64,000 nucleotides of DNA, taken from positions 337 through 64,336 of the forward strand of contig JBDKSM010000035.1 in assembly GCA_039680665.1 (NCBI GenBank), in the 5' to 3' direction. The stretch is from Syntrophaceae bacterium (GTDB lineage Bacteria > Desulfobacterota > Desulfomonilia > UBA1062). A model generated the notes under the pieces. It did no database searches and was not told the DNA's origin. It saw only the letters and a list, made by a program, of their open reading frames with translations. The first letter of the stretch is position 1. Each line of letters begins with the position of its first letter. Position numbers and translations under genes: made by a program. Positions 56,709 through 64,000 of this stretch are shown here, one piece after another.

Positions 56709-57581
56709 ATGCACTACGATATGCCGCTGTATCGACCGCCCTCGGAGGCGGATGCGCTTATCTTCCAGGTTACGCTCGGGTGCTCCTGGAACCGGTGTTT
56801 GTTCTGCGGGATGTACAAGGGCAAACGTTACCAGGTCAGACCTTGGGACGCGATCGAAAAAGACATCCTCGAGATGTCCAGCGCCCAGCCGTTCACCAAG
56901 CGCATATTCCTGGCCGACGGGGACGCCCTGGGGGTCGATAGCGATCACCTGATCAAGGTCATGACCCTCATCAATGAGCGCTTCAGGCACCTGGAGCGCA
57001 TCAGCATCTATGCCGGACCGACCAACCTGAGGGACAAGACCCTGGAGCAGCTTAAGGCCTTGAAGGACCTCAAGCTCGATATCCTCTACCTGGGCATTGA
57101 GTCCGGCAACGACGAGATCCTAAAACGCATTCACAAGGGCGCCACCAGCCAGGAGATCATTGACGGCGGCCGCAAGGCCATTGCAGCGGGCTTACGGCTT
57201 TCCACCATCATCCTCTTGGGCTTAGGCGGGGTGGATGGAAGCCTCACGCATGCCAAGGATTCGGCCAAGGTAGTGAGTGCCATTGATCCTCACTTTCTGG
57301 CCTGCCTGACGCTCATGCTCGGGCCCTATGCCGAGGTCTATGAGCAGAAGATCATGGGCGGCGGCTTCAAGCTGCCGGACAAACGTCAGACCCTGCAGGA
57401 GCTGCGCTGGTTCGTCGAGGACCTCACGCTGACCGATTGCCGTTTCGGCACGGAACACGCCTCCAATTATCTGCCTATCGGCGGGCAGCTGGGGGCCGAC
57501 AAGGAGCGCATCTTAGGCCTGATCGATCGGGCGCTCAAGGATGACCGGCTCTTACGGCCCGAATGGGCGCGCGGCCTCTGA
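56709..57581 (+). CDS. Radical SAM protein with non-canonical CX4CX2C cluster motif (CSWNRCLFC)
   Basis: GCSWNRCLFCGM near the N-terminus; TIM-barrel-like remainder; specific family not assignable. Confidence 0.6.
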   Translation: MHYDMPLYRPPSEADALIFQVTLGCSWNRCLFCGMYKGKRYQVRPWDAIEKDILEMSSAQPFTKRIFLADGDALGVDSDHLIKVMTLINERFRHLERISIYAGPTNLRDKTLEQLKALKDLKLDILYLGIESGNDEILKRIHKGATSQEIIDGGRKAIAAGLRLSTIILLGLGGVDGSLTHAKDSAKVVSAIDPHFLACLTLMLGPYAEVYEQKIMGGGFKLPDKRQTLQELRWFVEDLTLTDCRFGTEHASNYLPIGGQLGADKERILGLIDRALKDDRLLRPEWARGL

Positions 57582-57629
57582 TTGACAATGACCATCTGCG
57601 TGTTATAACGCTTCCAAGGAGGGTTCCGT

Positions 57630-58874
57630 TTGATTACAGGCATACGCGGCATGAACGATATCCTACCGCCGGATATCCCCCAATGGCGTTTTGTCGAAGA
57701 GACGGCGCGGCGTATCTTCGGTCTATACGGTTATTCCGAGCTGCGTTCACCCGTGCTCGAAAAGACCGAGCTCTTCCTGCGCGGCATGGGTGAGGACACC
57801 GACGTGGTGGAGAAGCAGATGTATACCTTCGCCGATAAATCCGGCGACTCGGTGAGCTTGAGACCCGAGGCCACGGCCTCGGTCTTAAGGGCCGTGATCG
57901 AGCACGGACTCTTGGGCCAGGAACCAATCCAAAAGCTCTTTTCCATCGGGCCCATGTTCCGCTATGAACGGCCGCAGAAAGGACGTTACCGCCAGTTTCA
58001 CCAGATCAACTGCGAGCGTCTGGGCGAATCCGGGCCGCTCATCGACGCCGAGACCCTCTGCCTGGCCTACGATATCGCCGGCGCCTTAGGGCTATCCGGG
58101 ATTGAGCTCGAGGTCAACTCCCTGGGCTGCCCGGTCTGTCGCCCGGCCTATCAGCAGGCCTTGCGCGCCTTCATGCTCTCCCGCAGAGCAGATCTGTGCG
58201 ATAACTGCCGGCGCCGCATGGAGACGAACCCCTTGCGGGTCCTGGATTGTAAGGCCGAAAGCTGCAAGGTCGCCGTAATCGATGCCCCCGCGATCGAAGA
58301 CTATCTGTGCCCGGATTGCCGCTCCCACTATCAAGCCGTACTGACGGCCCTTGCCTCGCTCGAAGTGCCGTTTACCAAGAACACCCGGCTGGTGCGGGGG
58401 CTCGACTATTATACCAGGACCACCTTCGAGATCTCGGCCGCTGGTCTGGGTTCACAGAATGCCATCGCCGGCGGCGGCCGCTACGACGGGCTCATCGCCG
58501 ACCTGGGCGGTCCTGCTGCGCCCGGCATCGGATTCGCCTTCGGCCTGGAGCGCTTGATCATGCTCCTTGAGCCCATCCCGACCCAAACCCAGGGCTGTTT
58601 CGTGGTGGCTTTGGGCGAGGACGCCAAGGAACAGGCCTTGTGTCTCCTCACCGCCTTGCGCCGCGCCGGGATCCGGTCCGAGGCCGCCTTGGACAAATCA
58701 TTCAAGGTGCAAATGCGTCATGCCGGAAAATCAGGGTACCCCTTGTGCGCCATCTTGGGGGGGGATGAAATCGCCTCCCGGACGGTCACCCTCAAGGATC
58801 TTGGAAGTGGCGAACAGTCAAGTGTGGCCAGGGACGTCTTCGTGAACGCGGTCAAGCAAGCTCTCGACCTATGA
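57630..58874 (+). CDS. hisS: Histidine--tRNA ligase
   Basis: IRGMNDILPPDIPQWRFVEETARRIFGLYGYSELRSPVLE. Confidence 0.9.
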   Translation: MITGIRGMNDILPPDIPQWRFVEETARRIFGLYGYSELRSPVLEKTELFLRGMGEDTDVVEKQMYTFADKSGDSVSLRPEATASVLRAVIEHGLLGQEPIQKLFSIGPMFRYERPQKGRYRQFHQINCERLGESGPLIDAETLCLAYDIAGALGLSGIELEVNSLGCPVCRPAYQQALRAFMLSRRADLCDNCRRRMETNPLRVLDCKAESCKVAVIDAPAIEDYLCPDCRSHYQAVLTALASLEVPFTKNTRLVRGLDYYTRTTFEISAAGLGSQNAIAGGGRYDGLIADLGGPAAPGIGFAFGLERLIMLLEPIPTQTQGCFVVALGEDAKEQALCLLTALRRAGIRSEAALDKSFKVQMRHAGKSGYPLCAILGGDEIASRTVTLKDLGSGEQSSVARDVFVNAVKQALDL

Positions 58875-60664
58875 AGGAGAAGCACGTGAATACGGGAATG
58901 GAAGGTTTTGTCAGGACACATTATTGCGGCGAGGTCAAAAAGGATGATTGCGGAAAGAAGATCACCCTCTTGGGCTGGGTGCAGAGGCGGCGCGACCTGG
59001 GCGGACTCATCTTCGTGGATCTCAGGGATCGCAGCGGCATCTGTCAGGTGGTCTTCAATCCCGAAACCTACCCAAAAGCACATGCCGTGGGGCATAACCT
59101 GAAAAGCGAATACTGCGTGGCCGTTGAAGGCGAGCTTTCCGAACGGCCGAAAGAGATGCAGAACAGCGCCATGCCGACGGGCGAGGTCGAGCTGATCGCC
59201 GAGCGGATCACGATCCTCAATGAGGCCAAGACGCCGCCCTTTGTGGTGGAGGACGGCCAGGAGGTAAGTGAGGCCTTGCGCCTCAAATACCGCTACCTCG
59301 ACCTCAGGCGACCGAGCCTTCAGGCCAATCTGATGCTGCGCCACAAGGCCGCTATGGCGGCGCGGACCTATCTGGATACCGCCGGATTCATCGAGGTTGA
59401 AACCCCGGTCTTGACCAAGAGCACGCCGGAAGGCGCGCGGGACTACCTGGTGCCGAGCCGGGTGTATCCGGGACGCTTTTATGCCCTGCCTCAATCGCCG
59501 CAGCTCTTTAAACAGCTCCTCATGATCTCCGGTTATGACCGTTACTACCAGATCGTGAAGTGCTTCCGGGACGAAGACCTGCGCGCCGACCGCCAGCCGG
59601 AGTTTACCCAGATCGACATGGAAACGTCCTTCATGAGCATGGATGCGATCCTTACGACCATGGAAGGACTCATCGCGGCCATCTTCGAGAAGACCATCGG
59701 CGTGGTGTTGCCCATACCGCTGGCACGCATGCGTTATGACGAGGCCATGGCCTCCTACGGCGTGGACCGTCCCGATACGCGTTTCGACCTCAAGCTCCAC
59801 GATGTCTCGCCGCACTTTCAGGGCACGGACTTCAAGGTCATCGCCTCGATCCTGGAAGCGGGCGGCATCGTCAAGGCGTTGGCCATTGAGGACGCCGCCG
59901 ATCTTTCGCGCAAGGACATCGATGCCCTGGGCGCCTATGCCGCCGATTTCGGGGCCAAGGGCATCCTGTGGGCGCGCCTGAACGAGGATGGCTGGCAATC
60001 GAGCCTGGCCAAGCATTTGAGCCCGGAGCAGCGCGCGGCCATCGAACAGAGTCTGGGTATGTCCAAGGGCGACGTGGCCATCTTCATCGCGGACAAGCCC
60101 GCGGTGGTCAATGCCAGCTTAGGCGCGCTCAGACTGCATATCGCCCAGCGGCGCGGTCTCATCCCCGAGCATGCCTTCAGCGCCCTGTGGGTCACGGACT
60201 TCCCCTTGCTGGAATGGAGCGCCGAGGATGGGCGCCTGGTCTCGGTGCATCACCCCTTTACCGCGCCTTTTGAAGAGGATCTCGCCCTGCTGGCCAGCGC
60301 GCCGCAGAAGGTCCGGGCTCAGGCCTACGACATGGTGATCAACGGCAGCGAAGTGGGCGGCGGCAGCGTGCGCATTCACCGCCGCGAGGTCCAGCAGCAG
60401 GTCTTCAAGAGCATCGGCTTGAGCGATGAGGAGGCGCGCGTCAAGTTCGGATTCCTGCTGGACGCCCTCGAATACGGCGCACCGCCGCACGGCGGCATCG
60501 CCTTCGGTTTAGATCGGCTGGTGATGCTCCTGACCGGGGCGTCATCGCTCAGGGACGTCATCGCCTTCCCCAAGACCGCCAAGGCCTATTGCACCATGAC
60601 CGACGCGCCCTCTGATGTCGACGAAAGACAGCTTGAAGCCCTTGGATTAAAGGTGTTAAAGTAA
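58871..60664 (+). CDS. aspS: Aspartate--tRNA ligase
   Basis: OB-fold N-terminus, class II motifs (FRDEDLRADRQPEFTQIDME; GGSVRIHRRE), 4-nt overlap with hisS. Confidence 0.9.
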   Translation: MKEKHVNTGMEGFVRTHYCGEVKKDDCGKKITLLGWVQRRRDLGGLIFVDLRDRSGICQVVFNPETYPKAHAVGHNLKSEYCVAVEGELSERPKEMQNSAMPTGEVELIAERITILNEAKTPPFVVEDGQEVSEALRLKYRYLDLRRPSLQANLMLRHKAAMAARTYLDTAGFIEVETPVLTKSTPEGARDYLVPSRVYPGRFYALPQSPQLFKQLLMISGYDRYYQIVKCFRDEDLRADRQPEFTQIDMETSFMSMDAILTTMEGLIAAIFEKTIGVVLPIPLARMRYDEAMASYGVDRPDTRFDLKLHDVSPHFQGTDFKVIASILEAGGIVKALAIEDAADLSRKDIDALGAYAADFGAKGILWARLNEDGWQSSLAKHLSPEQRAAIEQSLGMSKGDVAIFIADKPAVVNASLGALRLHIAQRRGLIPEHAFSALWVTDFPLLEWSAEDGRLVSVHHPFTAPFEEDLALLASAPQKVRAQAYDMVINGSEVGGGSVRIHRREVQQQVFKSIGLSDEEARVKFGFLLDALEYGAPPHGGIAFGLDRLVMLLTGASSLRDVIAFPKTAKAYCTMTDAPSDVDERQLEALGLKVLK

Positions 60665-60669
60665 GGTTT

Positions 60670-61488
60670 ATGAAACAACTGTGCGCCATAATCGCCGTTT
60701 TGATTGTGCTCGCGGGGTGCGCCTCGAGCAAGTCCGCCACGAAGGCGGAGACGCCCGCGTCGCCGAAGGCGCCCCAAAGCCTTGAGGACCTCAAGCTCAA
60801 AGCCGGCCTGGAAAGCCTTAAGGCCGGCATCGAGGCGCGCGACCTGGGAAAAGAAGAGGAGGCCCTGGCGGCCTTCCGCCTGGCCCGCAAATATCTGGAT
60901 GATATCGACGCGCCGTCCCGGGACATCCTGAGCGATGGAGCCGAGGACCTCAGGCGCATCATCTCCATAGCAGGTTTTGTATACGCGCCCAAAGAGTCCA
61001 TGGAACTGCTGGTCGTTTACCTTGAAATGCAGAACGCCTATGCCATCCACGATACCGAGACTCTGAAAAAATTGAAAACGCTCTTTGACGAGCGCTCCGA
61101 CCGCGCCAAGGACGCCACCGCCATGGCCAAGCAGAAAAGGCTCGAGATGCTGGGCCAGGAAGTGGCGGCCAAGAAGGAGGAGATTAAGCGCCAGGTCGAG
61201 CCCGAACCGACCCCGACCTACCCGAGCGTTTATATCGTCAAGCGCGGGGATACCCTGCCGGGTATTGCGGCCAAACACGATATCTACAACGACTCGTTCC
61301 TGTGGCCGCTGATCTACAAGGCCAACCGGGATCAGATCAAGGATCCCAAGAGCCTCTACACCGGACAGGACTTGAAGATCCCGCGCGACGTATCCATGGA
61401 AGACATCATACAGGCCAGGCGCGAAGCCGGAGCCCCCGAACCGGACAAGATACCCAAGGACGCGCTGCTGCCAAGGAGGACCAAATAA
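60670..61488 (+). CDS. Lipoprotein with C-terminal LysM peptidoglycan-binding domain
   Basis: Lipobox LAGCASS; LysM YIVKRGDTLPGIAAKH...GQDLKIP. Confidence 0.75.
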   Translation: MKQLCAIIAVLIVLAGCASSKSATKAETPASPKAPQSLEDLKLKAGLESLKAGIEARDLGKEEEALAAFRLARKYLDDIDAPSRDILSDGAEDLRRIISIAGFVYAPKESMELLVVYLEMQNAYAIHDTETLKKLKTLFDERSDRAKDATAMAKQKRLEMLGQEVAAKKEEIKRQVEPEPTPTYPSVYIVKRGDTLPGIAAKHDIYNDSFLWPLIYKANRDQIKDPKSLYTGQDLKIPRDVSMEDIIQARREAGAPEPDKIPKDALLPRRTK

Positions 61489-61490
61489 TC

Positions 61491-63401
61491 ATGGCACGAT
61501 GGGACGATAAGAAAAAGATCTTCTACTACACCGGCGCCAAAAACTATGAAACCGGGATCCATGACCGCGATGAGGGCAACTACTACCGCGCTATCTTCAA
61601 TTACGACGAGGTCCCCAAGATCGATTTCGATATGCGCATCATCCCGATTGCGCCGTCCGAAAACATCTGGATAACGGACACCACCTTCCGGGACGGCCAG
61701 CAGTCCATGACGCCGTTTTCGGTCAAACAGATCGAGACCATTTACGACTACCTGCACCGCATCGGTGGGAAGCGCGGCCTGATCAGGGCCAGCGAATTTT
61801 TCCTCTATACCAAGAAGGACAAGGCCGCGGTCGAGGCCTGTTTGGGCAAGGGCTACGAATTCCCGCGCGTTACGTCATGGATACGGGCGCACAAGGACGA
61901 CCTGAAGCTCGTCAAGGAGATGGGCTTAAACGAAACCGGGATCCTGACCTCGGTCTCGGATTACCATATCTTCCTCAAGATGAACCTGAACCGGCGCAAG
62001 GCCCTGGACGAATACCTCGGCATCGTCAAGGATGCCCTGGCGGCCGGCATCGTCCCGCGTTGCCATTTCGAGGACGTGACCCGCGCCGACATCTACGGCT
62101 TCTGCGTGCCGTTCGCCCGCGAACTGATGCGCCTGCGGGAGGAATCCGGCATCGACGTCAAAATACGTTTGTGCGACACCCTGGGCTATGCCGTCAACTT
62201 CCCGGGCGCGGCCCTGCCGAGAGCTGTGGACAAGCTCGTGCGGGCCTTCATCGATGACGCCGGCGTGCCGGGCGAGCTCCTGGAATGGCACGGCCACAAC
62301 GATTTTCACAAGGGACTGGTCAACGCCACCTCGGCCTGGATGTACGGCTGCTGCGGCGTCAACTGCGCCATCCTGGGCTTTGGCGAGCGCACCGGCAACA
62401 CCCCTTTGGAGGCCATGGTCTTTGAATATCTCCAGTTGCGCGGCCACGATGACACCCTGGACACGCGCGCCATCACCGAGCTGGCCAACTACGTCAATTC
62501 CGAGATGAACTACACCATCCCGCCCAATTACCCCTTTGTGGGCGATAATTTCAACGTGACCCGCGCCGGGATCCATGCCGACGGCCTGGTCAAGAACGAG
62601 GAAATTTACAATGTCTTCGACACCACCAAGATCCTGAACCGGCCCATCGCCATCGCCATCACCGACAAATCGGGCAAGGCCGGTGTGTCGCACTGGATCA
62701 ACAACCACTACAAACTCACCGGCAGCGACACCATCGACAAGAAACACCCCGGCATCACGCGCATGTACCAGCACATGGTCAAGGAGTACGAGGACGGCCG
62801 CATGACCACCATGAGCGACGAGGAGCTCGAAAAGCTGGCCAAACGCTTCATCCCGCAGATCTTCCTGTCCGGCTTCGACCTCATCAAGGTCGAGGCGCGC
62901 GAATATGCCGGCCAGCTGATCGAAAAGCTTCTCTCGCACCCCGACATGCAATCCATGGATCCGGCCAAACAGGAGAGTGTACTGACCGAGTTCATCGAGG
63001 AGTACTCCTTCATCCAGTTCGCCTATGTCACGGACATGAACGGTATCAAGGTCACCAAAAACATCACCCAGCCTGAATATCGCGGCCATTTTCAGCACAA
63101 GATGAAGGAGAATGAGGACTGCTCCGACCGCGATTGGTTCCGCAGGACCATGGAGGACGGCAAGCTGCATGTCAGCGGCATCATCGCCTCGCGCATCACC
63201 GGCGCCTTGATCATCACGGTCTCGGCCCCTATCGTGGACGCCGACGATGATATGATCGGCGTGCTGGGCCTGGATATCCGCTTCGAGGATGTGGTCAAGG
63301 TCATCCAGGATGTGTACGAATCGCGGGGCATGAGCATGAGCGCCAAGGACCTGCACAAATACCAGTCCCTCTTGTGGGAAGAGCTGCATAAACAAGTCTG
63401 A
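61491..63401 (+). CDS. DRE-TIM metallolyase of the 2-isopropylmalate/homocitrate/Re-citrate synthase family (catalytic ~aa 40-400) fused to a ~230-aa C-terminal extension ending in a Cache/PAS-like ligand-binding fold
   Basis: Trimmed to ATG 61491 (RBS AAGGAGG). DTTFRDGQQ and [10 protein letters not shown] metal-site motifs; C-terminal [31 protein letters not shown]ache signature; immediately upstream of icd. Confidence 0.75.
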   Translation: MARWDDKKKIFYYTGAKNYETGIHDRDEGNYYRAIFNYDEVPKIDFDMRIIPIAPSENIWITDTTFRDGQQSMTPFSVKQIETIYDYLHRIGGKRGLIRASEFFLYTKKDKAAVEACLGKGYEFPRVTSWIRAHKDDLKLVKEMGLNETGILTSVSDYHIFLKMNLNRRKALDEYLGIVKDALAAGIVPRCHFEDVTRADIYGFCVPFARELMRLREESGIDVKIRLCDTLGYAVNFPGAALPRAVDKLVRAFIDDAGVPGELLEWHGHNDFHKGLVNATSAWMYGCCGVNCAILGFGERTGNTPLEAMVFEYLQLRGHDDTLDTRAITELANYVNSEMNYTIPPNYPFVGDNFNVTRAGIHADGLVKNEEIYNVFDTTKILNRPIAIAITDKSGKAGVSHWINNHYKLTGSDTIDKKHPGITRMYQHMVKEYEDGRMTTMSDEELEKLAKRFIPQIFLSGFDLIKVEAREYAGQLIEKLLSHPDMQSMDPAKQESVLTEFIEEYSFIQFAYVTDMNGIKVTKNITQPEYRGHFQHKMKENEDCSDRDWFRRTMEDGKLHVSGIIASRITGALIITVSAPIVDADDDMIGVLGLDIRFEDVVKVIQDVYESRGMSMSAKDLHKYQSLLWEELHKQV

Positions 63402-63411
63402 AAGGAAAGCA

Positions 63412-64000
63412 ATGGGAACCAAGATTCGCTTTGAAAACGGCAAGCTGATTGTACCCGACGATCCGATCATCCCCTATATCGAAGGCGACGGCGTGGGGCC
63501 GGATATCTGGAAGAGCGCTGCGGCGGTCATGGATGCCGCCGTGGCCAAGGCCTATGGCGGCAGGCGCGCCATCGCCTGGCTGGAGGTCTATGCCGGTGAA
63601 AAGGCCCACCAGAAGTGCGGCTCGTATCTGCCCGAGGAGACCCTGGCGGCCCTGCGCGAGTACATCGTGGGCATCAAGGGCCCGCTGACCACGCCCGTGG
63701 GCGGCGGCATCCGCAGCTTAAACGTCACCTTGCGCCAGGTGCTGGACCTCTTTGCCTGCATCCGGCCGGTCAAGTACTACGCGGGCACCCCGGCTCCGGT
63801 CAAGCGCCCCGAGTTGGTGGACATCACCGTGTTCCGCGAGAACACCGAGGATGTCTACGCCGGCATCGAATGGCCGCAAGGATCGGCTCAGGCCGACAAG
63901 CTCATCGGCTTCCTGACCAAGGAACTGGGCGCGGACATCCGTCCGGACTCCGGCATCGGCATCAAGCCCATCAGCATCACCGGCACCAAGCGCCTGGTGC
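63412..64000 (+). CDS. icd: Isocitrate dehydrogenase (NADP-dependent, prokaryotic Icd type), N-terminal part; continues past the window end
   Basis: [33 protein letters not shown]... Confidence 0.85.
   Translation, partial: MGTKIRFENGKLIVPDDPIIPYIEGDGVGPDIWKSAAAVMDAAVAKAYGGRRAIAWLEVYAGEKAHQKCGSYLPEETLAALREYIVGIKGPLTTPVGGGIRSLNVTLRQVLDLFACIRPVKYYAGTPAPVKRPELVDITVFRENTEDVYAGIEWPQGSAQADKLIGFLTKELGADIRPDSGIGIKPISITGTKRLV

Noticed and set aside
1-64000. Search for CRISPR arrays, IS elements/transposases, integrases next to the three tRNA genes, and prophage or defence-system signatures (e.g. Zorya, given MotAB homologs)
   Set aside because: No direct-repeat/spacer arrays, no transposase- or integrase-like ORFs downstream of tRNA-Gly, tRNA-Met or tRNA-Leu. 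The MotA-like protein has normal length without a ZorA-type tail.

Overview
GC-rich (~60%) chromosomal segment that looks like an anaerobic Deltaproteobacteria/Desulfobacterota genome (Syntrophus-like). The taxonomic call is an inference from gene content: a Re-citrate-synthase-like gene beside icd, a rubrerythrin/PerR module, CoA-dependent acyl and aromatic acid metabolism, and type IV pilins. No CRISPR array, IS element, integrase or prophage was found.

Most of the window is core housekeeping. This includes asnS, proS, hisS, aspS, rel, ispG, rpmB, a queF-queC-X-queE operon, dus, three tRNA genes, a Nif3/COG1579/AI-2E transporter run and a motAB-like pair.

The accessory-looking part lies at roughly 12-26 kb. 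A single-module NRPS-like gene carries an unusual N-terminal tandem of condensation-like regions (HGxMDG variant of the HHxxxDG motif) and has no TE domain. It appears operonic with a dedicated Sfp-type PPTase and a neutral-ceramidase-family lipoprotein. A flavoprotein and an SDR lie downstream, an MBL-fold hydrolase is transcribed divergently, and a stand-alone paralog of the NRPS N-terminal C-like domain sits 8 kb away. This looks like a candidate N-acylated amino-acid/amine biosynthesis and remodelling locus that I cannot match to any described pathway from sequence alone.

Other points of interest:
- a LivKHMFG-type ABC importer operon ending in a PaaK-family aryl-CoA ligase, preceded by a leader carrying an intrinsic terminator;
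- a sigma70-like promoter with a perfect 16-bp palindrome in front of a long-type acyl-CoA dehydrogenase;
- a perfect 7-1-7 Fur-family box at the PerR-like gene;
- tandem type IV pilin paralogs with a ~108-nt near-identical block and only one Cys each;
- an HDOD protein with a kinase-less DHp-like domain and C-terminal repeats;
- a DRE-TIM (LeuA/Re-citrate-synthase-like) enzyme fused to a Cache-like C-terminal domain next to icd;
- a non-QueD protein in the QueD slot of the que operon.

The supplied ORF track misses a large minus-strand histidine kinase that runs off the left edge. It also contains many antisense shadow ORFs, which is typical of high-GC DNA, and several over-extended N-termini. 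These were corrected below.
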